A stretch of DNA of 64,000 nucleotides from NCBI GenBank assembly GCA_042216015.1, contig JBDGUI010000014.1, positions 3,778-67,777 of the forward strand, in the 5' to 3' direction. Source of the DNA: Halodesulfurarchaeum sp. GTDB taxonomy: Archaea; Halobacteriota; Halobacteria; Halobacteriales; Halobacteriaceae. Shown here in pieces: positions 19,028 through 29,698 of this stretch. Positions within the stretch are counted from its first letter, which is position 1, and every line of letters begins with the position of its first letter. The notes below the pieces were generated by a model that did no database searches, had not been told where the DNA came from, and worked only from the letters and a program-made list of their open reading frames with translations. The position numbers and the translations under genes are program-made.

Positions 19028-20443
19028 TCAACGATTGGTATCCGTGGTTTCGAGGGTCTCGAGCAATCGATCCTTGATCTGCTCGGCCACGAACGCCTGG
19101 AGTGAATCGTCTCCCTCTTCCGTCTCGACCATCTCGAAGATCCCCAGTGGGATCTGAGCCCCGGCCATCTGGTCGTGTCCACCGGCGCTCCCGATCTGGT
19201 CGAAGGCCCGTCGGAACACGGCCCCGAGATCGACCGCTCCTCCCTTGGCCCGTCCGGAGAGATAGACCGTCTCCGCGGCGGAGCCATAGACGACGGCGAT
19301 CGAAATGCCCTCGAGCCCCAGCAATCTGTCCGCGGCCTGAGCCAGGGAATCACGGGAGTTCACCTCACCGACGAAACTCGAAAGCACCTCCCCCTCGACT
19401 TCCCGGTTCCTGATGGCCCGACCGATCGTGTCCAGGGTCGAGGGGCTGAGAGACGGGCTTTCGACCAGATTCAACACCTCGAGATCGGCGTGGGGAAGCA
19501 ACCACGCTGCGGCCTCGAAGTCCTTGGCCGTCGTTTCGCGGCCGAAGTCACGGGTGTCGACCCGGATCCCGTAGAGCAGCCCCGTGGCCACGTCCTCTTC
19601 GACGTCGATTTCGAAGTCCTGTAGATAGTCGACGAGGAGCGTGCTCGTCGCCCCGACGGCCGACCTGATATCGACGAAATCCGCCTCGCAGTCCGTCGGC
19701 GTTGGATGATGGTCGATCACGATGTCGACCGGCATCCCCTCCGGAAGCTGGTCATTGATCCCCGGGCGGGAATGGTCGACCAGAGCGAGGTGATCGTCGC
19801 CGATGTCCGCCGGCCGCTCGAGCTGTTCGAGATCCACGTCGAGCAGGTTCACGAACGCACGGTTTTCCTGGTGAGTGATATCGCCAAAGTAACATATCTC
19901 GGCGTCGACGCCGAAGCGATCCGCAATCGACCGCAGCGCCAGTGCCGCGCCGAGCGCGTCAGGGTCGGGATTGTCGTGGGTACAGATCGCGAGATGACCG
20001 TTCATTCCCTCGAGTGTTTCCCGGAGGCGCGCGGCCCGATCGATGCGGGAATCGCCTTCCCGGGCGTCGATCGCGTCGAGTATCATTCCACCGGGTGAAA
20101 GCACCCTGTCGGCGGCAGCGATCGATTGACCTGCCGTCCCAGTTTGGGCCGGCATGGAGAGCAAATACGCCTCCGGAAACACCCGCCGGGCGGCCTCGAC
20201 CGTCTTCGCTGCCCGGGCGCGATCGTCGGTCAACACGATCACGACATCCGGGTCGAAATCCGTCCGCCGCAGGACAGCCGGATCGGTACTGTCACCTGTC
20301 TCTGCGGTCACCGAGAGGTCCCGCAGGTGTTCGACCCGCCCCTCGTCGTGATCGATGATGTGTAGTCTGCCTGGCCAGTCCCGGAGCGTTCTGGCAATCG
20401 AGAGACAGAGGTCCCCACAGCCCAGGACGAGCCGGTCGACCAT
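19028..20443 (-). CDS. DHH/DHHA1 phosphoesterase with N-terminal TrkA-N domain
   Basis: HDNPDPD, VDH, IDHH, GSAGGH; N-terminal LGCG Rossmann-like motif. Confidence 0.88.
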   Translation of the reverse strand: MVDRLVLGCGDLCLSIARTLRDWPGRLHIIDHDEGRVEHLRDLSVTAETGDSTDPAVLRRTDFDPDVVIVLTDDRARAAKTVEAARRVFPEAYLLSMPAQTGTAGQSIAAADRVLSPGGMILDAIDAREGDSRIDRAARLRETLEGMNGHLAICTHDNPDPDALGAALALRSIADRFGVDAEICYFGDITHQENRAFVNLLDVDLEQLERPADIGDDHLALVDHSRPGINDQLPEGMPVDIVIDHHPTPTDCEADFVDIRSAVGATSTLLVDYLQDFEIDVEEDVATGLLYGIRVDTRDFGRETTAKDFEAAAWLLPHADLEVLNLVESPSLSPSTLDTIGRAIRNREVEGEVLSSFVGEVNSRDSLAQAADRLLGLEGISIAVVYGSAAETVYLSGRAKGGAVDLGAVFRRAFDQIGSAGGHDQMAGAQIPLGIFEMVETEEGDDSLQAFVAEQIKDRLLETLETTDTNR

Positions 20444-20490
20444 ACGCCATTACCTGAGAGCCGACGGATAAAAAGCGGTTCCCTCTCCGC

Positions 20491-21999
20491 TCAGATGCCG
20501 CCCTCGAGCAACAGCGATGCGGCCGAGATCGCAGTCTCGGCCACGGGATCGAAGGCAACGAGCAGCCCGACGGTGACGACGGCCGCACCGATCACGGCGA
20601 CGTACATGCCCGTCGGGGTCGGACCGAGGTCCTGGGAATCTGTCGGATCTTCGATCCAGAGGGCCTTCACGACCCGGCTGTAGTAATAGAGCGACAGGGC
20701 GCTGTTAATGGCGGCGATACCGGCCAGCCACCAGAACCCGGCCTGGACGGTTCCGGCGAAGAGGACGTACTTCGAGAGGAAGCCGCCCCCGACCGGAAGG
20801 CCAGCAAGACTGAACATGAACACGGTCATCGCGACGCTCACGTACGGTGCCTGCCGAGCGAGGCCGTTGTAGTCCTCGAAGGTGCGACCGACGTTCCACT
20901 TCTCGGCGAGGGCCACGAAGAGGAACGCCCCGGTGTTCATGAAGCCATAGACCAGCAGGTGCATCATCGCCGCGCCGAGCACCAGTGCCTGCGTGCCCAA
21001 CTCACCCGACCCGGTGAGGGCGGCAAGCCCCATCAGGACGTAGCCAGCGTGGCCGATCGAGGAGTACGCGAGCATCCGCTTCACGTTCTCCTGGGTGGCC
21101 GCGGCGAAGTTCCCAACGGTCATCGTGATGATCGCAAGCACCACGAACAGCCAGCCCCAGGGCACCATCCCGCCGACCAGATCGAGCGGGAAGCCCTGGA
21201 CGAGCACGCGGAAGGCCACGGCGAAGCCGGCGGCCTTCGAGGCCGAGGAGATGAACGCCGAGATCGGCGCCGGCGCCCCCTCGTAGGCCTCCGGGGCCCA
21301 GAAGTGGAACGGGACGCTCGCAGTCTTGAAGAGGAACCCGCCGATCAGCATCACCAGCCCGAGCCCGAGCAGGCCCTCGAGGCCCGCGAGCCCGCCCTGG
21401 AGTGCTTCTGCGATACCGCTCAGGTGGAGCGTGCCGGTGGCTCCATACACGAGGCTGATCCCGTAGACCATCACCGCCGAGGAGAGAGCGCCGATGAGGA
21501 AATACTTCAGACCGGCCTCGACACTTCCTTCGTCGTGTTTGAGGTAGGCCACGAGACCATAGGAGGGGAGCGAGGCCAGTTCCAGGCTCACGAAGACCGC
21601 CGCGAGGTTGTTGGAGACCGCCATGAGACTCATCCCGAGCGCGGCGAGGGAGACGAGCGAGTAGTACTCCGCAATGGCCTCCGAGCCCTGGAGATAGTCG
21701 AAACTCGCGATCACGACGAGTGTGGCCACGCTCCCGAAGATGAACGTGAAGAACAGGCTCATGCCGTCCACCACGATCATTCCGGCGAACACTTCGGGCA
21801 CAGTGGTCCCGGACCCCGTGCCTGCGGCCAAGAACCAGGCACTGATCAGCGCAACGAGAGACGAACCCAGGGCCGCGATGGCGGCGAGCAGTTTGGGTCG
21901 CTTCGACTTCGGGAAGACCGTGTCTGCCAGCAGGAGCGCGATCGCGGTGATCGCGAAGAGGTACTGCGGTGTCAGATGGGGCATGACGAGTTCGTTCAT
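20491..21999 (-). CDS. nuoN: NADH-quinone oxidoreductase-like subunit N
   Basis: EAGLKYF, FKTASVPFHFWAPEAYEG, KRMLAYSS. Confidence 0.95.
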   Translation of the reverse strand: MNELVMPHLTPQYLFAITAIALLLADTVFPKSKRPKLLAAIAALGSSLVALISAWFLAAGTGSGTTVPEVFAGMIVVDGMSLFFTFIFGSVATLVVIASFDYLQGSEAIAEYYSLVSLAALGMSLMAVSNNLAAVFVSLELASLPSYGLVAYLKHDEGSVEAGLKYFLIGALSSAVMVYGISLVYGATGTLHLSGIAEALQGGLAGLEGLLGLGLVMLIGGFLFKTASVPFHFWAPEAYEGAPAPISAFISSASKAAGFAVAFRVLVQGFPLDLVGGMVPWGWLFVVLAIITMTVGNFAAATQENVKRMLAYSSIGHAGYVLMGLAALTGSGELGTQALVLGAAMMHLLVYGFMNTGAFLFVALAEKWNVGRTFEDYNGLARQAPYVSVAMTVFMFSLAGLPVGGGFLSKYVLFAGTVQAGFWWLAGIAAINSALSLYYYSRVVKALWIEDPTDSQDLGPTPTGMYVAVIGAAVVTVGLLVAFDPVAETAISAASLLLEGGI

Positions 22000-23529
22000 C
22001 TAGAGACCACCTCCAATCGTGAGGATCGGTCGAACGGCGTCCTGGATCATCCCGTAGATCAGGTCCGGGGCCGTCCCGAGCAGGATGACGAACAGCAGGA
22101 GCACCACGATGGAAACCCGGTCGGTCACGGCCGCCGGGACGATGTCGTGGTCGGTGTCGGCCTCGAACGGGCCGAACAGGACCCGCTGCATCGCGAGCAG
22201 CAGATAGCCGGCGACGATCACGATGCCGAACATTGCAACCCCGGTGAATACCTGCGCGTAGGGGAGCACCGTCGACTGCATGCCGCCGAGGAAGATGTAC
22301 AGTTCCCCGGCGAAGCCGGCCATCAATGGCAGGCCCATGTAGCCGAAGGCCGCCGCGGTGAAGACTGTCGCCGTCAGCGGCATGCGGTCGGCGATCCCCG
22401 AGAGGTCACCCACCATGCGCGTGTGAGCGACGTTGTAGATCACGCCGACGGACATGAACATCAACCCCGAGATGAGGCCGTGGGCCACCATCTGGAAGGT
22501 CGCCCCACCGAGGCCGTACAGGTTGTAGGCAACGAGTCCGAGCAGGACGTAGCCCATCGAGGAGATGGAGGAGTACGCCACGATCCGCTTGAGGTCCTGC
22601 TGGGCCAGCGCCAGCATCGCCCCGTAGATCACGCTGATCACCGCAAGGAGCGCGATCGGAACGGCGAACTCGATTGCCTGCTGGGGGAGCATCGTGAAGT
22701 TGAACCGGAGCATCGCGTAGGTTCCCATTTTCAGCAGGACGCCGGCCAGGATCACCGACACTGGCGTCGGTGCTTCGACGTGGGCGTCCGGGAGCCACGT
22801 GTGGAATGGAACCATCGGGACCTTCACGGCGAACCCGGCGAACATCGCGATGAAGGCGACTGCCTTCAGCGTGCCCGCTTCGATGCCAGCGAGCGATCCG
22901 AGTTCGCCCGCGTGCAACGCCTGTGCGATCTCCGGCAGCCCGAGTGAGGAGATGCTGTCACCCAGACCAAACACCAGCGCGATGAACCCGATGAACATCA
23001 CCAGGCTCGCCACGTTGGTGTAGACGAAGAACTTGATCGCGGCGTACTTCCGACGCGGACCGCCCCAGATGGCGATCAGGAAGTACATCGGCACCAGCAC
23101 GAACTCCCAGGCGACGAACCACGCGAGGAAGTCGAGTGCGGTGAACACCCCGAGCAGGCTCGCCTCCATGAAGAGCATCAGCCCGTAGAACTGGGACTGT
23201 CGCCGGTCGATCGGCGTCCACGCCGAGAGGATGGCGAGGCTCATCAGCACCGTCGTCAGCACCACCAGGGCGAGCGAAATGCCGTCCACGCCGACCTGAT
23301 AGCCGATCGTGATGTCGCCGAGAGTGATCCAGTCGACCTGGGTGTGATACGCGATGTCCCCCCCGAGAAGCGCGTTCCCTGAACCGTCGAAGCCGAGGAA
23401 CATGAGCAATGCGCCGGCAAGGGGGAGCAGGCTCAGACCGAAGGCGAGCCGTCCAGCGATCTCGTCGTCCGCGATCATGACCGCGACCGCGCTTGCGACC
23501 GTCACCAGCAGGAGTGCCTCGATCATCAT
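22000..23529 (-). CDS. nuoM: NADH-quinone oxidoreductase-like subunit M
   Basis: VKVPMVPFHTWLPDAHVEAP, LLKMG. Confidence 0.95.
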   Translation of the reverse strand: MMIEALLLVTVASAVAVMIADDEIAGRLAFGLSLLPLAGALLMFLGFDGSGNALLGGDIAYHTQVDWITLGDITIGYQVGVDGISLALVVLTTVLMSLAILSAWTPIDRRQSQFYGLMLFMEASLLGVFTALDFLAWFVAWEFVLVPMYFLIAIWGGPRRKYAAIKFFVYTNVASLVMFIGFIALVFGLGDSISSLGLPEIAQALHAGELGSLAGIEAGTLKAVAFIAMFAGFAVKVPMVPFHTWLPDAHVEAPTPVSVILAGVLLKMGTYAMLRFNFTMLPQQAIEFAVPIALLAVISVIYGAMLALAQQDLKRIVAYSSISSMGYVLLGLVAYNLYGLGGATFQMVAHGLISGLMFMSVGVIYNVAHTRMVGDLSGIADRMPLTATVFTAAAFGYMGLPLMAGFAGELYIFLGGMQSTVLPYAQVFTGVAMFGIVIVAGYLLLAMQRVLFGPFEADTDHDIVPAAVTDRVSIVVLLLFVILLGTAPDLIYGMIQDAVRPILTIGGGL

Positions 23530-25599
23530 CTAGAACCACCCCCCGACGAGCGCGACGACCAGAACGATGACGACCAGCCCCAGCGTGAGCATGGCGGCGT
23601 AGTTCGTCACTCGGCCCGTCTGGAGTCGACGGATGCGCGAGCCCGAGAACAGCGCGAGACTCGAGACGGCGTTGACGACGCCGTCGATGATGCCCTGGTC
23701 GAACTTGTCCGCGATACGGGCGAGTGGAAGGGTCACCCCCTCGGCGAGCCAGACCTGGTACTCGTCCTGATAGTAATTGTTGTAGAGCAGGGTCTTGAGC
23801 GAGCCCAATTTGTCCGTGTGCCGCGTCGGCTCGGGTCCGCTGTAGAGCAGCCAGGCGAGACTGGCACCCCCGAGCGCGAGCGCGAGTGAAACTGCACTCG
23901 CCAGGAGCGTCGTCGCCGTCGCCCCAAGTCCGAAGACCGTCTCGTTTCCGTACCCGGCCGCGTCGTGGAGAACGTGGTGGTAGCTTTCGACGGTCAATGC
24001 CTCATAGCCACTGGCGAACCACTCGTGCAGGAACTCGATGTGGAGGCCGGTTACCTCCGCGACTGGCGTCATGTTCACCACGCCGATGACTGCCGCGAGC
24101 GTCCCCAGAACGACGAGTGGGAACTTGACGTTCCATCGCACGCCGTGAGGGTCCGCCGCGGTCTCACTGCGTGGCTCGCCGTGGAAGGTCAGGATGACCA
24201 TCCGGAACGTGTAGAACCCGGTAAACGCCACAGCGATGAGACCCAGGGCATAGGCCAACAGGATCATCGGGTTCGACATCCCGTTCACGAGGGCCGCGTG
24301 CAGCACCTCGTCCTTCGACCAGAAGCCGGCAAATGGGAAGATTCCCGCGAGCGCGAGCGAACCGGAGAGGAACGTCCAGTACGTGACTGGCATCTTCTCC
24401 TTGAGTCCGCCCATGTCCCACATGTTCTCGTTGTGGTGCATCGCGATGATGACCGACCCCGCTCCCAGGAACAGGAGCGCCTTGAAGAATGCGTGGGTCA
24501 TCAGGTGGAAGGTTGCCGCGACGTAGCCACCGGCACCCAGCGCGAGCATCATGTATCCATACTGAGATATCGTCGAGTACGCGAGCACCTGCTTGATCTC
24601 CCGTTTGACCATGGCCATCGTCGCGGCCATCAGCGCGGTCAGGCCACCGACGAGCGCGATCAGTGCAAGCACCTGGGGGAGGTGGGCGTAGAACCCGTAC
24701 ATCCGCATGATCAGGTACACGCCGGCTGCGACCATCGTCGCCGCGTGGATGAGCGCCGAAACCGGAGTCGGGCCCTCCATCGCGTCGGGAAGCCAGGTGT
24801 GAAGCGGGAACTGCGCGGACTTCCCGATCACCCCACCCAGGACGAGGAGTCCGATGATGGCAAACCACGTCTGCGGCTCGAGCCCGATCGTCCCGAGGAA
24901 GTCAGAGACGACTGGCGCCATCTCGCCACTCAGCGCATTGCCGGCCATCTCGGGGAAGCTCTTGACCCCTGCGCGGGGCGCGAACAGGCCGGTGCCGAAC
25001 GTCGCGAAGATGGCCACCACGCCGATGAGGAAGAAGTAATCTCCGAACCGGGTGACCAGGAAGGCCTTCTTGGCGGCGCTCGGCGGGCCCGGTTCGCGGA
25101 ACCAGAACCCGATGAGCAGCCAGGAGCAGAGCCCGACCAGTTCGAAAAACATGAAGGCCATCAGGATGTTCGAGGCCATCACGAAAGCCAGCATCGAGAA
25201 GCTGAACAGGCCGAGTCCGGCGTAGTACCGGGGCAGACCCGTCTCGCCCTCGTCGTTCATATAGCCGAGGCTGAACACGTGTACGAGGAAGCTGACGAGC
25301 GCGACGATCACCAGCATGTACGCAGAGAGGGGATCGATCAGGATCCCGAAGGACAGATCGAACGTCCCCCCGAGACCTGTCGTCCACGTGTAGATCGTTT
25401 CGTTGTACGGTTCGCTACCACTGACGGTGACCAGAAGCCACCCGGACACGAGCAGCGATCCGGCTGTCGCCAGGATCCCCGGGATCGCGCCGCCTTTCGG
25501 CAACAGTCGCGGAGTGAAGTACCCCGCGAGAATCGCGATCACGAAGGACGCAAACGGCAACATCGGGACCGCCGCGGCGAAGTCAAATGCACCTACCAT
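23530..25599 (-). CDS. nuoL: NADH-quinone oxidoreductase-like subunit L
   Basis: GKSAQFPLHTWLPDAMEGPTPVSALIHAATMV. Confidence 0.95.
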   Translation of the reverse strand: MVGAFDFAAAVPMLPFASFVIAILAGYFTPRLLPKGGAIPGILATAGSLLVSGWLLVTVSGSEPYNETIYTWTTGLGGTFDLSFGILIDPLSAYMLVIVALVSFLVHVFSLGYMNDEGETGLPRYYAGLGLFSFSMLAFVMASNILMAFMFFELVGLCSWLLIGFWFREPGPPSAAKKAFLVTRFGDYFFLIGVVAIFATFGTGLFAPRAGVKSFPEMAGNALSGEMAPVVSDFLGTIGLEPQTWFAIIGLLVLGGVIGKSAQFPLHTWLPDAMEGPTPVSALIHAATMVAAGVYLIMRMYGFYAHLPQVLALIALVGGLTALMAATMAMVKREIKQVLAYSTISQYGYMMLALGAGGYVAATFHLMTHAFFKALLFLGAGSVIIAMHHNENMWDMGGLKEKMPVTYWTFLSGSLALAGIFPFAGFWSKDEVLHAALVNGMSNPMILLAYALGLIAVAFTGFYTFRMVILTFHGEPRSETAADPHGVRWNVKFPLVVLGTLAAVIGVVNMTPVAEVTGLHIEFLHEWFASGYEALTVESYHHVLHDAAGYGNETVFGLGATATTLLASAVSLALALGGASLAWLLYSGPEPTRHTDKLGSLKTLLYNNYYQDEYQVWLAEGVTLPLARIADKFDQGIIDGVVNAVSSLALFSGSRIRRLQTGRVTNYAAMLTLGLVVIVLVVALVGGWF

Positions 25600-25600
25600 C

Positions 25601-25906
25601 TTACCACCTCATCGTATTCGGCTCGGTCACGTCCACGTCCCTGAAGTTGCGGAACAGGACCAGGATGATCCCAATTCCGACGGCCACTTCCGCGGCCGCC
25701 AGGGCGAGGACGAACAGGCTGAACGTCTGTCCGGTCAGATTCCCCCACTGGACCGAAAATGCGACCAGGTTGACGTTTGCCGCGTTGAGCATCAACTCGA
25801 CGGACATGAGGAACCTGAGCGCGTTCCGGCGGGTGAGCAGCCCGAACACGCCGATGCTGAACATCGCGGCCGAAAGCAGCACGTAGTACTGGGTTTCGAC
25901 GACCAT
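25601..25906 (-). CDS. nuoK: NADH-quinone oxidoreductase-like subunit K
   Basis: RRN...ELMLNAAN...AAAEVAVG. Confidence 0.95.
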   Translation of the reverse strand: MVVETQYYVLLSAAMFSIGVFGLLTRRNALRFLMSVELMLNAANVNLVAFSVQWGNLTGQTFSLFVLALAAAEVAVGIGIILVLFRNFRDVDVTEPNTMRW

Positions 25907-26205
25907 CAGTTCTCACCTCCATCACGTCGGGCCAGCATCACGGCGGCACCGAGGGCCGCATCGAGGACGAACGCCACCGCGAAAAACGGCAGCAGGAAGC
26001 CCTCGCTCATGACCATCGGTGCTCCCCGTTCGAGGTTGAACAGGGCATAGCCCAAGCTCTTCGTGATCGCTGCACCCGGGTCGAATCCCGCAGCCGGCCC
26101 GAACGTCGCCGTCAGGATCGCCACCGCCATGACGGCGAACAGGGCGAGTGCCGCCAATCCAGGCAGGACATCGACCTTCTGGGAGAGTTCCGGTTTCGTC
26201 GTCAT
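25906..26205 (-). CDS. nuoJ2: NuoJ C-terminal part (split J2)
   Basis: MTTKPEL...LDAALGAAVMLARR; operon position. Confidence 0.85.
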   Translation of the reverse strand: MTTKPELSQKVDVLPGLAALALFAVMAVAILTATFGPAAGFDPGAAITKSLGYALFNLERGAPMVMSEGFLLPFFAVAFVLDAALGAAVMLARRDGGEN

Positions 26206-26456
26206 TGGCCGACACCTCCTGGGTCGCGGGTGAGCATGACCGCAAAGGCGATCAGGATCAGGACGCCGCCGACGTACACGAGTACCTGCACGGCCGCGAG
26301 GAACGCGGCCTCGAGCAGGAGGAAGTGCACGGCGACGCTGAGCAGCGCTGCACCGAGGAAGAGTGCGGAGTGCCACACGTCCTCGACCAGCACGACACCC
26401 AGGCTACTGGCGAGGGTCACGAGCGCGAAGAGGCCAAAGGCGAGGGTCTCGATCAT
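26202..26456 (-). CDS. nuoJ1: NuoJ N-terminal part (split J1)
   Basis: HSALFL...QVLVYVGGV. Confidence 0.9.
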   Translation of the reverse strand: MIETLAFGLFALVTLASSLGVVLVEDVWHSALFLGAALLSVAVHFLLLEAAFLAAVQVLVYVGGVLILIAFAVMLTRDPGGVGQ

Positions 26457-26478
26457 TGGAACCACCTCCGATAGTCGC

Positions 26479-26940
26479 TCATTGGTAATCCACCTCGCCG
26501 TCACCGTCACCGACCCACGCTTCGCGGTCGGGTTCCCGTGCCTGAACCGGGTCCATGCCCTTGTACCACGGGACGTTTTTCAGCTGTTCCTTGTTGAACG
26601 CCAGATCGTGCTTGGTGTCACCCGTGAACTCGAAGTTCTCGGTGAGAAGGATCGCTTCGGTGGGGCAGACCTCCTCGCAGAGCCGACAGTAGATACACTG
26701 ACCCACGTGGAGGTTGTACTGCTCGCCGTTTCGGTCCTCGTCCATGACGATCTGAATGGTGTCGTTTGGACACACCGTCTCACACTGGCGACACCAGATG
26801 CACCGCTCCTGGCTCCACTTGTGGACGCCCCGGAACCGGGGACTGACCTCGGGAGCCTGGTCGGGATACTCGACGGTGAACGTCTCGCCGTCGAGTGCGT
26901 GCTTCATCGTCGTCGCGAGGGATTTGAGTACGCCTATCAT
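26479..26940 (-). CDS. nuoI: NuoI, 2x[4Fe-4S] subunit
   Basis: CIWCRQCETVCP and CIYCRLCEEVCP. Confidence 0.95.
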   Translation of the reverse strand: MIGVLKSLATTMKHALDGETFTVEYPDQAPEVSPRFRGVHKWSQERCIWCRQCETVCPNDTIQIVMDEDRNGEQYNLHVGQCIYCRLCEEVCPTEAILLTENFEFTGDTKHDLAFNKEQLKNVPWYKGMDPVQAREPDREAWVGDGDGEVDYQ

Positions 26941-28001
26941 ACGATCACCCCGATGATGACGGCCGTCAACAGCAAGTTCACGAAGGAGAGCCCCAACATC
27001 CCCTTCCAGCCGATGTCGAGCAGCTGGTCGGGCCGGACCCGCGGGACGCCAGAGCGAGCCCACTGGGTGAAGAAGAACACCCCCCAGACCTTCGCGACGA
27101 ACCACACGATGCCCGGGATGAAGTCGAGGGCCGAGATTGGGGCGGTCGGTCCGCCCAGGAACAGGGTCGTGATGATGGCCCCGCCCAGGAAGATGTGGAG
27201 AAACTCACCGAGATAGAACAGCACGAAATACACCGAGGAGTACTCCGTCTGATACCCGGCGACGAGGTCGTTCGGCGCCTCCGGGAGGTCGAACGGGTTC
27301 CGTCCGATCTCGGCCATGTTCGCGACCATGAAGAGCGCGAACGCGAACGGGTTGACGAACCCGAACCACGAGGGCACGACCAGGCCACCGATCGAGAAGA
27401 GTTCGACCGACTGCGCCGAGACGATTTCGGAGATGCGAAGGGAACCCGCAAAGAGCACCACAGAGGCGCCGGTCAGCACGAGCGGAATCTCGTAGGCGAT
27501 GTTCTGGGAAACGCCTCGCAATCCACCAAGCATGGAGTACTTGTTGTTCGAGGCATAGGCCCCGGAAACGATACCCAGCGACGCGATCGAGGAGACCGCG
27601 AACAGATAGACGAAGCCGACCTGTGGGTCGGCAAGGTGAATGCCACTTCCGAAGGGGATCACGGCAAAGCCCATCGTCGCCGAGACGACGACCAGCATCG
27701 GCCCGAGGTCCCAGGCCGGGCGGTCGACGTTCTCCGGGACGATGCGCTCCTTGGTCAACAGACGGATGGCGTCGACGGCGATCGTAAGGATGCCGTACGG
27801 TCCGACCCGGTCGACGGCGATGCGGTCGGTGAACGCAGCCGTCAGCTTCCGCTTCATGTACGGGCCGGCAAGCGCCGCGAAGAGGAGCACGATGACTGCG
27901 ACGAGCAGCGAGCCGAGGAGCCCGCCAACGATCTGGCCGAGCAGCCCCTCGAGGTTGAGGAACGTCGAGATGCCATCCACCATCGGTGCGGCGGAGGGCA
28001 T
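26937..28001 (-). CDS. nuoH: NADH-quinone oxidoreductase-like subunit H
   Basis: RVGP, SNNKYS, RNPFDLPEA, EYS. Confidence 0.95.
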   Translation of the reverse strand: MPSAAPMVDGISTFLNLEGLLGQIVGGLLGSLLVAVIVLLFAALAGPYMKRKLTAAFTDRIAVDRVGPYGILTIAVDAIRLLTKERIVPENVDRPAWDLGPMLVVVSATMGFAVIPFGSGIHLADPQVGFVYLFAVSSIASLGIVSGAYASNNKYSMLGGLRGVSQNIAYEIPLVLTGASVVLFAGSLRISEIVSAQSVELFSIGGLVVPSWFGFVNPFAFALFMVANMAEIGRNPFDLPEAPNDLVAGYQTEYSSVYFVLFYLGEFLHIFLGGAIITTLFLGGPTAPISALDFIPGIVWFVAKVWGVFFFTQWARSGVPRVRPDQLLDIGWKGMLGLSFVNLLLTAVIIGVIV

Positions 28002-29698
28002 TATCGATCCACCTCCGCCAGCACGATGTCGAGACTGCCGATGGTCGCGACGAGGTCACTGATGAGCTCGCCCTCGGACATCTCGTGAAGCGCCGAGAGG
28101 TTGACGAAACTCGGCCCGCGAATCTTGAACCGGGCGGGTTTGTCCGTTCCGTCCGTGCGGATGTAAATCCCGAGTTCGCCCTTCGCTCCCTCGACCGCCC
28201 GATAGATTTCCTGGCCTGGGTCCGGCTTGAGACTTCGCGGGACGTTGGCCTGAATCTCACGCTCGTCTTCGGGCCAGTCCTCGAGGAGATCCACGCACTG
28301 CTCGATGATCTTCGCTGCTTCCTCCACCTCTCGCATGCGGACCATGAGTCGGGCGTAGTTGTCACCGCCCTCGAGGGTGACCACGTCCCAGTCGAGTTGG
28401 TCGTAAATCCCGTAGGGATCGTCCCGACGGAGGTCGTAATCGACGCCTGAAGCCCGCGCAATCGGGCCAGTCGCGCCGTAATCCTTCGCGACCTCCGGGG
28501 CCAAGTAGCCCGTGTCGACCGTCCGCATCTGGAAGAGTTCGTTCTGTGTGAGGACGTTGTGATACTCGTCGGTCTTCTCCGGAACGGACTCGAGGAACTG
28601 CCGGATCTTCTCGAGGAACTCCTCCCGGGGTTCGGGCAGGTCCCAGACGACCCCGCCCAGCCTGAGGTAGTTGTACATCATCCGCTGCCCGGTGAGGTCC
28701 TCGAGAATGTCCATCACGATGTCGCGGTCCCTCATCGCGTACATGAACACGGCCGCGAAGTCACCGACGATGTCGAGGCCGAAGGTCGCGACCGCGAGCA
28801 GGTGGGCCGAGATGCGATTGAGTTCCGCGACCATCGTCCGGATGACCTGGGCGTACTCGGGAACCTCGATGTCCGCGAGGTCCTCGGCCGCACGCGCGTA
28901 GGCCCATTCGTTGATGGTTCCAGCCGGGGTGTAGTCCCAGCGGTCCGGATACGGCATGATCTGGTGGCGGTACGTGCTCTTCTCGCACATCTGCTCCTGA
29001 CATCGGTGCAGATACCCGATGTCAGGGTCGACATCTGCCACCTGCTCGCCGTCGAGGACCGTCTTCAGATGGAGGACCCCGTGTGTCGCCGGGTGGTGCG
29101 GGCCGATGTTGAGGAACATGGTGTCGAGGTCCTCGCCCGTCGGCTCGACCGCCATGTCTTCCTCGATTGGGTTCCTGTGTTTCTCGAGCGTGACGATCTG
29201 GGGTTTGTCCTGGTCGTAGTCCTTGCTCAACGGGTGTCCCGTCCAGCTCTGTGGCAGGAGGATCCGTCGGAGGTCCGGGTGACCCTCGTAGTTGACCCCG
29301 ACGAGGTCGTAGGCCTCCCGTTCGTGCCAGTTCGCCGTCGAGAACACGTCAGTCGCGCTCTCGTGACTCGGATCGTCCCGAGGCGTTGGGACCACGACTC
29401 CCACTTCCGCCTGTGCATCCTCGTATTTGCGGAGGTGGTAGATGGACTCGTAGCGGTCCTCGTAATCCTGGGCGGTGACGCTTGCCAGGTGGTCGAAGCC
29501 CTGGTCCTTCAGCGTCGACAGGGCGTCCGTGACGGCGTCGCCACGGACAACGAAGGCCTCAGCGTTGAGATGGCTCTCGCGGTCGACGACTGCGTCACCG
29601 AGCAGGGATTCGAGTGCGTCGTAGTCGACGGCTCCTGCCGCTGGGGTTTCCACCGCAGATTCGCGTTCGTCCGTCTCGGGTTCGTCTTGCATGCTCAT
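28001..29698 (-). CDS. nuoCD: fused NuoC/NuoD
   Basis: EREAYDL, GHPL, GPHHPATHGVL, GYLHR, EVDR C-terminus. Confidence 0.95.
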   Translation of the reverse strand: MSMQDEPETDERESAVETPAAGAVDYDALESLLGDAVVDRESHLNAEAFVVRGDAVTDALSTLKDQGFDHLASVTAQDYEDRYESIYHLRKYEDAQAEVGVVVPTPRDDPSHESATDVFSTANWHEREAYDLVGVNYEGHPDLRRILLPQSWTGHPLSKDYDQDKPQIVTLEKHRNPIEEDMAVEPTGEDLDTMFLNIGPHHPATHGVLHLKTVLDGEQVADVDPDIGYLHRCQEQMCEKSTYRHQIMPYPDRWDYTPAGTINEWAYARAAEDLADIEVPEYAQVIRTMVAELNRISAHLLAVATFGLDIVGDFAAVFMYAMRDRDIVMDILEDLTGQRMMYNYLRLGGVVWDLPEPREEFLEKIRQFLESVPEKTDEYHNVLTQNELFQMRTVDTGYLAPEVAKDYGATGPIARASGVDYDLRRDDPYGIYDQLDWDVVTLEGGDNYARLMVRMREVEEAAKIIEQCVDLLEDWPEDEREIQANVPRSLKPDPGQEIYRAVEGAKGELGIYIRTDGTDKPARFKIRGPSFVNLSALHEMSEGELISDLVATIGSLDIVLAEVDR

